A DNA stretch of 64,000 nt, from NCBI GenBank assembly GCA_023267595.1, contig JAHFNB010000001.1, positions 94,590 to 158,589 of the forward strand. Reading direction: 5' to 3'. Below are positions 27,970 through 36,232 of this stretch, one piece after another. A program made the position numbers and the translations under genes. Numbering within the stretch: position 1 is the stretch's first letter; each line of letters starts with the position of its first letter. This DNA is from a bacterium. GTDB taxonomy: Bacteria; Patescibacteriota; Minisyncoccia; Phycocordibacterales; UBA5272. Under the pieces are notes generated by a model that was not told the DNA's origin, searched no databases, and saw nothing but the letters and a program-made list of their open reading frames with translations.

Positions 27970-28797
27970 TTACTGTAGTGTAATTTTTTTCACATTAATT
28001 TTTTTACCAAAAAACATACTACCAAGAGTCTGAAAGTTTTCTGTTAAATCTGTAGAATAAAAGAGTAGACTGCTTTTCTTACTAAGAGTTTGTTCAAGAG
28101 ATGAGTGATTATGTAGATATAGTTTTAATTTTTTTGGAACGGTACGTGCCTCAGAAATAATTGCAACATCTTTTCCAAGAATCTTTTTTATTTTACTTTC
28201 TAATAGTCCATAATGAGTACATCCCAAAATAAGGGTGTCGATATGTTTCTTTTGTAGAGGTTGTAAATATTCTCGTAAAATAATATCAGTTGCTTTGTGG
28301 TATTTCTCTCCTGCTTCGACAATGGGTACAAGAAGGGGACATGCTTGTTCATAGACACGTATAGACGTATCTCGTTTGTGTATTTCTTTTGTAAATGCAC
28401 AGGAACGAACAGTACTTGCCGTTGCAATAATTCCTACTTTTTTATTTATTGTTTTCTCTAGAGCACTTTCTACTGCAGGAATAAGAACACCAAGAACTTT
28501 TTTATGTGGATATTTTTTTGGTATATAATTTTTTTGTATTTTACGTAAGGCTTCTGCAGAGGCGGTATTGCAAGCAATAATAATTAGTTCACAATTTTTT
28601 GCAAATAAAAAGTCTATTGCTTGCTTGGTGAACTCATAGATGATTTCTTGTGAACGTGTGCCATATGGAGTGCGTGCAGTATCACCGAGGTATAGGTAAT
28701 CGTACTCTCCATTTTCTTGTATGATGCCTCGTAGTATATCCAAGCCACCAAACCCAGAATCAAAGACTCCTATTTTTTTAGTTCTTTGGATCTTCAT
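27970..28797 (-). CDS. murI: Glutamate racemase
   Basis: IGVFDSGFGGLDIL, IIACNTASAEAL and LGCTHYGLL (catalytic Cys motifs). The internal ATG at 28797 is preferred. Confidence 0.85.
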   Translation of the reverse strand: MKIQRTKKIGVFDSGFGGLDILRGIIQENGEYDYLYLGDTARTPYGTRSQEIIYEFTKQAIDFLFAKNCELIIIACNTASAEALRKIQKNYIPKKYPHKKVLGVLIPAVESALEKTINKKVGIIATASTVRSCAFTKEIHKRDTSIRVYEQACPLLVPIVEAGEKYHKATDIILREYLQPLQKKHIDTLILGCTHYGLLESKIKKILGKDVAIISEARTVPKKLKLYLHNHSSLEQTLSKKSSLLFYSTDLTENFQTLGSMFFGKKINVKKITLQ

Positions 28798-28895
28798 ATG
28801 TATGATAATAGCATGTCGATTGGCAGGAAGTTCGGTCACAAAGTCTATTTTGGTTACAAAATATAAGACTTCGCGACCCCTATTCGATTCCTGAC

Positions 28896-28917
28896 AAAAG
28901 CCAAGCAGTTGGCTTTT
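28896..28917. terminator. Hairpin terminator downstream of minus-strand tRNA-Arg(TCT)
   Basis: aaaagccaa-gcag-ttggctttt. Confidence 0.55.
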
Positions 28918-28947
28918 TCCTCAATCACAAATGCTTCGCTTATTTTG

Positions 28948-29019
28948 TGCCCTCGGCAGGAATCGAACCTGCAATAACGGCTTAGAAGTCCGCAGTTATA
29001 TCCATTTAACTACAAGGGC
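28948..29019 (-). tRNA. tRNA-Arg (anticodon TCT)
   Basis: Reverse complement: GCCCTTG-TA-GTTA-AATGGATA-TAAC-T-GCGGA-CTTCTAA-GCCGT-TATT-GCAGG-TTCGATT-CCTGC-CGAGGGC-A. The T-arm is identical to that of tRNA-Arg(GCG). One A31/G39 mismatch. Confidence 0.7.
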
Positions 29020-29078
29020 ATGAATATAGAACATACTAGCAAAAAAATGAAAAATATTGTAGTATTTACCTTACATTC

Positions 29079-29151
29079 GGGCGATTAGCTCAGTTGGTAG
29101 AGCAGCGCATTTACACTGCGAAGGTCGGGGGTTCGAATCCCTCATCGCCCA
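29079..29151 (+). tRNA. tRNA-Val (anticodon TAC)
   Basis: GGGCGAT-TA-GCTC-AGTTGGTA-GAGC-A-GCGCA-TTTACAC-TGCGA-AGGTC-GGGGG-TTCGAAT-CCCTC-ATCGCCC-A. Confidence 0.8.
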
Positions 29152-29198
29152 CAGATATAGAAAAATTCGCGAAAGTTTTTTGTTACTATACATATTTT

Positions 29199-29927
29199 AT
29201 GAAACTTCCAATTCTTTTTGAAAATGTACATGCAGTAGCAGTAGATAAACCTGTGGGTATTATGGTGCATCCTGATGAACGAGGTGATGAGTACACTATC
29301 TCAGATTGGATGAAAGAACATTATGAAGTTAAAGGTGTAGGGGACGTTGGTCGTGAAGGAATAGTGCATAGACTAGATAGAAATACTACAGGAGTACTTA
29401 TGCTTGCAAAAGATAAGATCGCATACACAACATTTAAAAAACAATTTGCAGATCACACAACACGAAAAGTATATCGTGCAATCGTTGAAGGAAATATTAA
29501 ACATGATACAGGTATGATCTCATTACCTATTGCACGTGCGCGTAGTGATTTTCGTAAACGTACAGTAGTAGATATGTTTTCAAAAGATAATCGTGGTGAA
29601 GAACGAGAAGCCATAACACGTTATAAAGTCCTTGCACGATCAACGACAGACGATGGGAAAAATTATTCGTATGTAGAAGTATATCCATTAACTGGTCGCA
29701 CACATCAAATACGTGCGCATTTTAGAGGGATACGACATCCAATTGTTGGTGATGATTTATATGGTTCAGTATCTGGTCGTAATGTTGCTCCACGTTCTAT
29801 GCTTCATGCGTATTCTCTTACTATACAAATACCTAAAGAAAATGAAGGAAAAGAAGAAAAAACTATCGTCTCAGATATTCCAAAGGACATGCAAGAGTCC
29901 CTTGCGAAACTCGGTTTTTCATGTTAA
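29199..29927 (+). CDS. RluA-family pseudouridine synthase
   Basis: HRLDRNTTGVLMLAKDK catalytic motif. The track ORF start at 29094 overlaps tRNA-Val, so ATG 29199 (MKLPILFENVHAVAVDKPVG) is used. Confidence 0.8.
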   Translation: MKLPILFENVHAVAVDKPVGIMVHPDERGDEYTISDWMKEHYEVKGVGDVGREGIVHRLDRNTTGVLMLAKDKIAYTTFKKQFADHTTRKVYRAIVEGNIKHDTGMISLPIARARSDFRKRTVVDMFSKDNRGEEREAITRYKVLARSTTDDGKNYSYVEVYPLTGRTHQIRAHFRGIRHPIVGDDLYGSVSGRNVAPRSMLHAYSLTIQIPKENEGKEEKTIVSDIPKDMQESLAKLGFSC

Positions 29928-29933
29928 GATTCC

Positions 29934-30368
29934 ATGACTATGAAGACAACTATTAAGTTAACTCCAGTTGATATTGCGTCTCGAAAAGCCCTTGATTTTT
30001 CAACAGGCGATGTTGTGTGCGTGTGGAACAAGATCAAAGAATCTGATGGAAAAACTCGTCTTCAAGCATTTGAAGGAATGGTACTTGCCCGTAAGCACGG
30101 TACAGAAATAGGGGCTACGTTTACTGTTCGTAAAGTTGCCTCAGGTGTAGGTGTAGAACGCGTATTTCCACTTTTTTCAGTTACTATTGATAAAATTGAA
30201 CTCGTTCGTCGTGCTCGTACTCGTCGCAGTAAACTTTACTATGTGCGTGATAAGGCGCTTCGTGATGTGCGTCGTAAGTTAAAGGCAGATACTCGTGTTG
30301 TAAAGAAAGGAAGTACAACAACTATGGAAGCAGTTGTAGAAGAAGAACCAAGTGAAGTTGTAGCATAA
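29934..30368 (+). CDS. rplS: 50S ribosomal protein L19
   Basis: DVVCVWNKIKESDGKTRLQAFEGMVLARKHGTEIGATFTVRKVASGVGVERVFPLFS. C-terminal extension. Confidence 0.9.
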   Translation: MTMKTTIKLTPVDIASRKALDFSTGDVVCVWNKIKESDGKTRLQAFEGMVLARKHGTEIGATFTVRKVASGVGVERVFPLFSVTIDKIELVRRARTRRSKLYYVRDKALRDVRRKLKADTRVVKKGSTTTMEAVVEEEPSEVVA

Positions 30369-30370
30369 TT

Positions 30371-30400
30371 AAAATCTCGACCAACGGTCGAGATTTTAAT
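30371..30400. terminator. Rho-independent terminator after rplS
   Basis: aaaatctcgacc-aac-ggtcgagatttt. Confidence 0.7.
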
Positions 30401-30449
30401 TTACCTACTTTCATGTTAGTATTTCATTACTTCTCGAAAGAGAAAATAT

Positions 30450-30511
30450 GCCCAGGTGGCGAAATTGGCAAAGAAAATATTTGCGTACGTCGTACGTCTA
30501 CCAATTTCGCC
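30450..30511 (+). pseudogene. tRNA-Leu-derived fragment: direct copy of tRNA nt 1-19 plus inverted copy of nt 10-29, forming an 11-bp hairpin
   Basis: 30450-30468 gcccaggtggcgaaattgg is identical to the start of tRNA-Leu at 30559. 30492-30511 is the reverse complement of ggcgaaattggtagacgtac. Confidence 0.6.
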
Positions 30512-30558
30512 GTTAAGGTGTAATATGTTTAGAGTTCAAGAAAGATGGTGTGTAATAT

Positions 30559-30642
30559 GCCCAGGTGGCGAAATTGGTAGACGTACTACCTTGAGGTGGT
30601 AGCGCTGGCAACAGCATGGAGGTTCAAGTCCTCTCCTGGGCA
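30559..30642 (+). tRNA. tRNA-Leu (anticodon GAG), long variable arm
   Basis: GCCCAGG/CCTGGGC acceptor. CTACC-TTGAGGT-GGTAG anticodon arm. 16-nt variable arm. GGAGG-TTCAAGT-CCTCT T-arm. Confidence 0.85.
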
Positions 30643-30694
30643 CATACATAAATTAAAAACAGACATAATTATGTCTGTTTTTAATTTATGTATG
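30643..30694. repeat. 52-nt perfect palindrome (26-bp arms), putative terminator immediately after tRNA-Leu
   Basis: catacataaattaaaaacagacataa|ttatgtctgtttttaatttatgtatg. The arms are exact reverse complements. Confidence 0.8.
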
Positions 30695-30757
30695 TCTTCA
30701 AAAAAAGTACGATATATGGTAGAGTAAAAGCCTAATTCAGAAATGAATTATGAATAT

Positions 30758-30833
30758 GGTGCCTATAGTGTAATGGTTAGCACGCGGGCTTGTGGAGCCC
30801 TCAGTTCGAGTTCGAATCTCGATAGGCACACCA
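30758..30833 (+). tRNA. tRNA-His (anticodon GTG) with encoded G-1 and CCA
   Basis: G-GTGCCTA...CGGGC-TTGTGGA-GCCCT...TCGAG-TTCGAAT-CTCGA-TAGGCAC-A-CCA. Confidence 0.8.
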
Positions 30834-30883
30834 AACGAAAGTTGGATAAGGCATATGAATTTTCAAACTGATATACTACATGT

Positions 30884-31297
30884 ATGGAAGTAGGAACTTT
30901 TGCATTTATTCAAGATCAAGAAAAAAGAATATTGATGGTCAAGGATGTGACACGTCAGCAACTTTGGACATTACCAGGTGGGGGAGTGGATTTTAAAGAA
31001 TTAGTGCCTGATGCACTTATAAGAGAAGTAAAAGAAGAAACATCTTTAGATATTAACGTCGGTGGATTATTAGGAATATTTAGTCAACAGAAAACTCCAG
31101 GAATTGTTATTTTGTTTTCTGTAAAAGTTATAGGAGGAATACTTTCACCAAATGAGACAGAAACTAGTACGTGTGAATATTTTACAATAGAACAATTAAG
31201 TAAGATGAAGGAAGAAATAAAACCAGCGCAGTGGAGCATGATACATCAAGTTAATTCCAGTAAAGTATTTCCGATTTTTAATAGTTTCTCAGTTTAA
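30884..31297 (+). CDS. NUDIX hydrolase
   Basis: Nudix box GGGVDFKELVPDALIREVKEETSL. Confidence 0.75.
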   Translation: MEVGTFAFIQDQEKRILMVKDVTRQQLWTLPGGGVDFKELVPDALIREVKEETSLDINVGGLLGIFSQQKTPGIVILFSVKVIGGILSPNETETSTCEYFTIEQLSKMKEEIKPAQWSMIHQVNSSKVFPIFNSFSV

Positions 31298-31372
31298 GGA
31301 ATATAGTTCTAATGCTATCTATGAAAGTAAATCATGTAGAATTTTTTGGAACTGATATACTTGTATTAGTCT

Positions 31373-31777
31373 ATGAACACGTATAATTGGTACTCACAAC
31401 TTATTAAACCATCGTGGTCACCACCTTCGTGGCTTTTTGGTCCAGTATGGACGTTTCTGTATATCATTATTGCATTTTCATTCGGAACAGTTTTTTATAA
31501 AGTCATTACTAGAGAAATCTCGTGGGTAATTGCATTACCATTTGTCCTTAACCTTATTTTCAACTTTGCATTTACACCAATTCAATTTGGATTGAAAAAT
31601 AATATACTCGCAGCAATTGATATAGTACTCGTTCTAGGGACCCTTGTATGGGCGTTATATTCTCTCTGGCATGCTTTGCCTGATCTCCGTTGGGCGGTCT
31701 ATGCTAACATCCCGTATCTTTTGTGGGTAATATTTGCAACATGTCTTCAACTTACTATTATGTACCTCAATCGTTAG
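31373..31777 (+). CDS. tspO: TspO/MBR (tryptophan-rich sensory protein) family membrane protein
   Basis: LIKPSWSPPSWLFGPVWTFLYIIIAFSFG matches the TspO signature. Short, at 134 aa. Confidence 0.7.
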   Translation: MNTYNWYSQLIKPSWSPPSWLFGPVWTFLYIIIAFSFGTVFYKVITREISWVIALPFVLNLIFNFAFTPIQFGLKNNILAAIDIVLVLGTLVWALYSLWHALPDLRWAVYANIPYLLWVIFATCLQLTIMYLNR

Positions 31778-31795
31778 TTATTTTAATGTAACTTG

Positions 31796-32029
31796 TTAAT
31801 TTTTTGGAAGAAAAGATTCAAAGTATTCACTCATACCAAAATATCCTAAGACGTGTACGAGGATAGTAATAACTATCGTTGCAACGATAGTTGCTCCAAC
31901 AAATGTTCCTACACCGCTCACTATTCCACGTAGGAAGGTAAATCTGTAAGAGTTTAATCTCTCTAAGAGGACTAATAACTTTGCCACGTTATCATTTAAA
32001 GATTCTGTAGTATCTGGTACATCTTTCAT
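31796..32029 (-). CDS. Small membrane protein (hypothetical)
   Basis: Two hydrophobic helices. ORF only. Confidence 0.35.
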   Translation of the reverse strand: MKDVPDTTESLNDNVAKLLVLLERLNSYRFTFLRGIVSGVGTFVGATIVATIVITILVHVLGYFGMSEYFESFLPKN

Positions 32030-32093
32030 ATAGTTTACAGTCTAGCATCTCTTGACTGATATACTGCCTCTAATACTATGCAAACAATAAAAA

Positions 32094-32927
32094 ATGAAAA
32101 AACTTTCTATTTTTATCATACTACTTTCTGTTAGCCTAGTTTGTATCTACATTGTTTTTGTTTCCAAAAATAATGTAGAACAGATTCCAGAAGAGAAAAG
32201 TAAGATACAGTTATCTGTTAAAACTTCATGGCAGATTCAGTTACAAGGTATTTTCGGTAAAGATAGAGATTCTAATCTCTACATAGTGGATCTCTTTGAT
32301 GTGAGTACTACAACAGTACATTCTCTTAAGAGTCGTGGTAAAGTTGTTATTTGTTATTTTTCTGCAGGGACTGGAGAAGATTGGCGTACAGATTATTGGA
32401 AATTTAAAGAAAAAGATATGGGTAAAAAACTTACAGATTGGCCAGGAGAAAGATGGCTAGATACAAAATCTCTACATGTTAGAGAAATAATGGTATCTCG
32501 ACTCGATATCGCAAAAGATAAAGGATGTGATGGTGTAGATCCTGATAACATAGATGCTTATAGTAATGATAATGGTATCTTACTTACAGCGGATACTCAA
32601 ATTAAGTACAATATATTCCTTTCGGAGGAGGCACACAAAAGAGGATTACTTATTGGTTTGAAAAATGATGTCTCACAAATTAAGTATCTGGTTTCATATT
32701 TTGATTTTGCAACTAATGAACAATGTTTTAAATTTAGTGAGTGTGAGGGGTATAGTATTTTCACATCACATAATAAACCAGTATTTGACATCGAATACGA
32801 TACTGTGTATAGTAATAATATTCATGGAAGGCGTGATGATCTTTGTCGATTAGCAGACACGATGAATATAAGGACAATTATTTCATCCAAAGAATTAGAC
32901 GGAAGATTTATATATTCATGTGATTAA
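32094..32927 (+). CDS. Putative glycoside hydrolase family 114-like (endo-alpha-1,4-polygalactosaminidase-like) secreted/anchored protein
   Basis: N-terminal TM/signal. VVICYFSAGTGEDWRTDYW...WPGERWLDTKS...GCDGVDPDNIDAY pattern typical of GH114/DUF297 TIM-barrels. Confidence 0.55.
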   Translation: MKKLSIFIILLSVSLVCIYIVFVSKNNVEQIPEEKSKIQLSVKTSWQIQLQGIFGKDRDSNLYIVDLFDVSTTTVHSLKSRGKVVICYFSAGTGEDWRTDYWKFKEKDMGKKLTDWPGERWLDTKSLHVREIMVSRLDIAKDKGCDGVDPDNIDAYSNDNGILLTADTQIKYNIFLSEEAHKRGLLIGLKNDVSQIKYLVSYFDFATNEQCFKFSECEGYSIFTSHNKPVFDIEYDTVYSNNIHGRRDDLCRLADTMNIRTIISSKELDGRFIYSCD

Positions 32928-33002
32928 GAAGAACTTTATATTATGAAAGATAAGTATTAGATTTTTCGTAACAGTCTATATACCAGTAACACACACAACA
33001 TT

Positions 33003-33620
33003 ATGAACTACAATACAATTGCATCACAGGAATCAATAGAAAAGACAATACAAGCACTTAATGAGCATGGTATAGAAGGACTCTTTGTGCAGACAAAAGA
33101 AGAAGCATTAGAGAAAATAAAGACACTTATTCCACAAGGTGTTTCAGTGATGAATGGATCTTCTCGCACTCTTGAACAAATTGGATTTATTGAATATTTA
33201 AAATCTGGGACACATGGTTGGAATAATCTTCATGAAACAATCTTTAAAGAACAAGATCCTATAAAACAAGCAGAACTTCGTAAGCAATCAGTTATTTCAG
33301 ATGTATATCTAGGAAGTGTACATGCTATAAGTGAGGAAGGAGAAGTAGTAATTGCATCTGCTTCAGGAAGTCAGTTACCACATATTGTATTTACATCACA
33401 ACATGTTATTTTTGTTGTTGGAACACAAAAAATTACACCTACATTAGAAGAGGCTATCACTCGATTAAAAGAGTATGTATTTCCGCTAGAAGATAAGCGT
33501 GCAAAAGATGTGGGATATGGTGGAAGTGCGATTTCAAAAATAGTAATTATTAACAGTGAGCCAAAGAAAATGGGAAGAAAAGTACAAGTAATCTTTGTCA
33601 ATGAAGAATTAGGATTTTAA
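33003..33620 (+). CDS. LUD-domain (DUF162, LutC-like) protein
   Basis: About 205 aa. Pattern consistent with the LUD domain. Moderate. Confidence 0.5.
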   Translation: MNYNTIASQESIEKTIQALNEHGIEGLFVQTKEEALEKIKTLIPQGVSVMNGSSRTLEQIGFIEYLKSGTHGWNNLHETIFKEQDPIKQAELRKQSVISDVYLGSVHAISEEGEVVIASASGSQLPHIVFTSQHVIFVVGTQKITPTLEEAITRLKEYVFPLEDKRAKDVGYGGSAISKIVIINSEPKKMGRKVQVIFVNEELGF

Positions 33621-33653
33621 GGATAGATTCCTCATATTGCTATACTCTCTGGT

Positions 33654-34262
33654 ATGCATCTTAGAGATACGTATAATCTGATAGCAGAGGAATGGCATAA
33701 AGATCATCAGACGGATGATTGGTGGTTAGAAGGAACCGATACATTCATTTCTCTTTTACAACAAGGAGATACCGTACTTGATGTTGGATGTGGTGGAGGA
33801 ACAAAGAGTAAGTATCTTTTAGAGCATGGATTGCGTGTCACTGGTATAGATTTTTCTGAAAAATTACTTGAAATTGCTAGGAAAGAAAATAAAGACGGCG
33901 AGTTTATACTTATGGATATGTATGATGTTAAAGATTTACATACAACATTTAATGGTATTTTTGCACAAGCATCATTACTTCATATTCCCAAAAAAGATTT
34001 TACAACAATTGTCTCTTTACTCGTATCACAGTTACAGCAAGATGGTTTACTTTATATAGCAGTGAAAATTTCTTCAGGAAAAAATACTCAAGAAGAAATC
34101 AAAGAAGAAAATAAATATGGCCACACATATACACGGTTCTTCTCATATTATTCTATGGATGAACTTATTGATGCGTATAAAAAATCTGGATTAGAAGTTG
34201 TATATACAAGTAGTAATCAAACAGGGAATAAAGAATGGCTACAAATCATAGGAAGAAAGTAG
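33654..34262 (+). CDS. Class I SAM-dependent methyltransferase
   Basis: Motif I VLDVGCGGGTKSKYL. Post-I acidic residue GIDFSE. Confidence 0.75.
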   Translation: MHLRDTYNLIAEEWHKDHQTDDWWLEGTDTFISLLQQGDTVLDVGCGGGTKSKYLLEHGLRVTGIDFSEKLLEIARKENKDGEFILMDMYDVKDLHTTFNGIFAQASLLHIPKKDFTTIVSLLVSQLQQDGLLYIAVKISSGKNTQEEIKEENKYGHTYTRFFSYYSMDELIDAYKKSGLEVVYTSSNQTGNKEWLQIIGRK

Positions 34263-34298
34263 GTTTTATCTCCCTTTGTAAGATGTTAGAATAGATCC

Positions 34299-34769
34299 AT
34301 GAATACAAAACATATTATTATTATCGTTGGTGCCATAGTTGTTATTGGTCTTTTGGGAATTATAGGCTCTAGTATCTATAAAAAATATACATATATAACG
34401 CCTAGTGAATTTGGAACAAGTACTCCTATTACCACGAAAACTGAAGGTATTTTACAAGGCTCAGTAACTGTTGGTCCAGTATGTACAAAAGAAATCAAAG
34501 AAAAATACCCAACGTTCTCATGTTTGCCAACTCCTGAGATGTATGCAGCAGCACATGTTTTGGTATATATGCCAGATAAAAAGACATTAGTAAAAACAAT
34601 TATTCCTGATGGGCAAGGAAAGTTCAGTATTGCTCTTCCAGAAGGTGAATATTTTATAGACATGATTCATCAACGAATGGGTGGAACAAAAGGAGTACCA
34701 ACAACAGTGACCATTGTTCATGCAAAACCTGTAACACTTAAACTGGATGTAGATACAGGGTTACGATAG
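34299..34769 (+). CDS. Membrane-anchored hypothetical protein
   Basis: N-terminal TM IIIIVGAIVVIGLLGIIGSSI, followed by a beta-rich domain. Confidence 0.45.
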   Translation: MNTKHIIIIVGAIVVIGLLGIIGSSIYKKYTYITPSEFGTSTPITTKTEGILQGSVTVGPVCTKEIKEKYPTFSCLPTPEMYAAAHVLVYMPDKKTLVKTIIPDGQGKFSIALPEGEYFIDMIHQRMGGTKGVPTTVTIVHAKPVTLKLDVDTGLR

Positions 34770-34772
34770 AGT

Positions 34773-35219
34773 ATGTCATCACAAGAAGTAATTTTCTTCT
34801 ACGAACATGAGTATTATATGTTTTCTAACTTCTCTTCATTTGCTCTAGAGTGGAAAGGAAACGTATGGATGACGAGTGAACATGTCTATCATTCTGAACG
34901 ATTTGATAATGAAGAAATAAAAGAAAAAATAAGGAATATGCGTTCAGCGCACGAAGTATTCAGATTTGCTCAAGATAATAAATATCTCCAAATAAGCAAT
35001 TGGAATGAAATAAAGGTGGAGATTATGAAAGAAATTGTACGAGAAAAAATTGTTCAACATCCATATGTGAAAAAGAAATTGCTAGAGTCTGGCAGTAGAG
35101 AACTGATTGAAGATTCACCTCATGATGATTTCTGGGGATGGGGGAAAAATAAAGATGGAAAAAATCAGTTAGGAAAGATTTGGATGGAATTACGAGAAGA
35201 AATAAAAAAGACTACATGA
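34773..35219 (+). CDS. NADAR-domain protein (YbiA/DUF1768-like)
   Basis: FFYEHEYYMFSNFS...WMTSEHVYHSERF...DDFWGWG matches NADAR family hallmarks. Confidence 0.7.
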   Translation: MSSQEVIFFYEHEYYMFSNFSSFALEWKGNVWMTSEHVYHSERFDNEEIKEKIRNMRSAHEVFRFAQDNKYLQISNWNEIKVEIMKEIVREKIVQHPYVKKKLLESGSRELIEDSPHDDFWGWGKNKDGKNQLGKIWMELREEIKKTT

Positions 35220-35812
35220 AGCATATAAAAATTGGTGTAGATATGGATGAAGTATTGTGTGAACTTTTTCTTAGTCTGACTGACCGTTTCAATACCATTA
35301 ATGGTACATTTCATAATGTGCGTGATATACAACATTATGATTTAGAAAAATTGTATGGATGTACAAAAGAAGAATTAGGAGGGCTTCTGCGAGAGTTTTT
35401 TATCAGTAAAGACCATACAACCATGGTCCCGATTGTTGGAGCATTAGAAGGTATTGAAAAAATTAAAGACTTTGATCTTATTATTATAAGTGCAAGACCA
35501 GAACATACCAGAAATAAAACAGAGGAGTGGCTACATAAACATTTTCCAAATATATTTTCAGATATTCATTTAATTGGCGACCCAAGTGGACTAGGAGGCA
35601 TGGCTTTATCAAAAGGAGAATTTGCAAAAGAACTAGGTATACAAGTTTTTATAGAAGATTCATTAACAAATGCAAAAAATATAGCATCGTACGGTATCCC
35701 AGTTCTCCTTCTTGATAGAACGTGGAATCAAGGGGAGTTACCACCCCTTGTTACACGAGCATTTTCTTGGGAAGAAGCAGTATCTTTTATACAGAAAATG
35801 TTTAGAAAGTAG
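35216..35812 (+). CDS. HAD-superfamily 5'(3')-deoxyribonucleotidase-like protein
   Basis: Begins MKHIKIGVDMDEVLCELF (DxDxV/T motif). Overlaps the NADAR stop by 4 nt (ATGA). Confidence 0.65.
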   Translation: MKHIKIGVDMDEVLCELFLSLTDRFNTINGTFHNVRDIQHYDLEKLYGCTKEELGGLLREFFISKDHTTMVPIVGALEGIEKIKDFDLIIISARPEHTRNKTEEWLHKHFPNIFSDIHLIGDPSGLGGMALSKGEFAKELGIQVFIEDSLTNAKNIASYGIPVLLLDRTWNQGELPPLVTRAFSWEEAVSFIQKMFRK

Positions 35813-35827
35813 TGGTATACTTTTCTT

Positions 35828-36232
35828 ATGAGTGAAACTTCTGCATTCCCACGTGTGCATATGGATATGTATCCAAAACTTGTAAAAGAAGGAGTATTTA
35901 TTTTTGATGATGAAGTATGGAGTACACAAAAACGTATTGCACGTATTTACGGACGAAGTATTCCAACAGTAAATGATCATTTAAAGAAGATTTATAAAGA
36001 AAAAGAATTAATAAAAGCAGGGTCTGAACGAGTACTCGTTATTACACAACAAGAAGGAAAGAAAAAAGTTTCTCGTAACATTTATGTGTACAACACGGAT
36101 GTTGTCATTGCTATTGGATTTCGTGTAAAAGGGGAATGGGGAAAACAGTTTCGTATTTGGGCACGTGAAGTAGTACGAGCAAGTTATGATCCAAAGGAAC
36201 AAATCCGTCATCTAACGGGGAGGAAAAACTAA
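35828..36232 (+). CDS. RhuM-family (virulence protein RhuM-like) N-terminal fragment
   Basis: VLVITQQEGKKKVSRNIYVYNTDVVIAIGFRVKGEWGKQFRIWAREVV matches the RhuM core. Only 134 aa, against about 330 for full-length RhuM. Confidence 0.55.
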   Translation: MSETSAFPRVHMDMYPKLVKEGVFIFDDEVWSTQKRIARIYGRSIPTVNDHLKKIYKEKELIKAGSERVLVITQQEGKKKVSRNIYVYNTDVVIAIGFRVKGEWGKQFRIWAREVVRASYDPKEQIRHLTGRKN

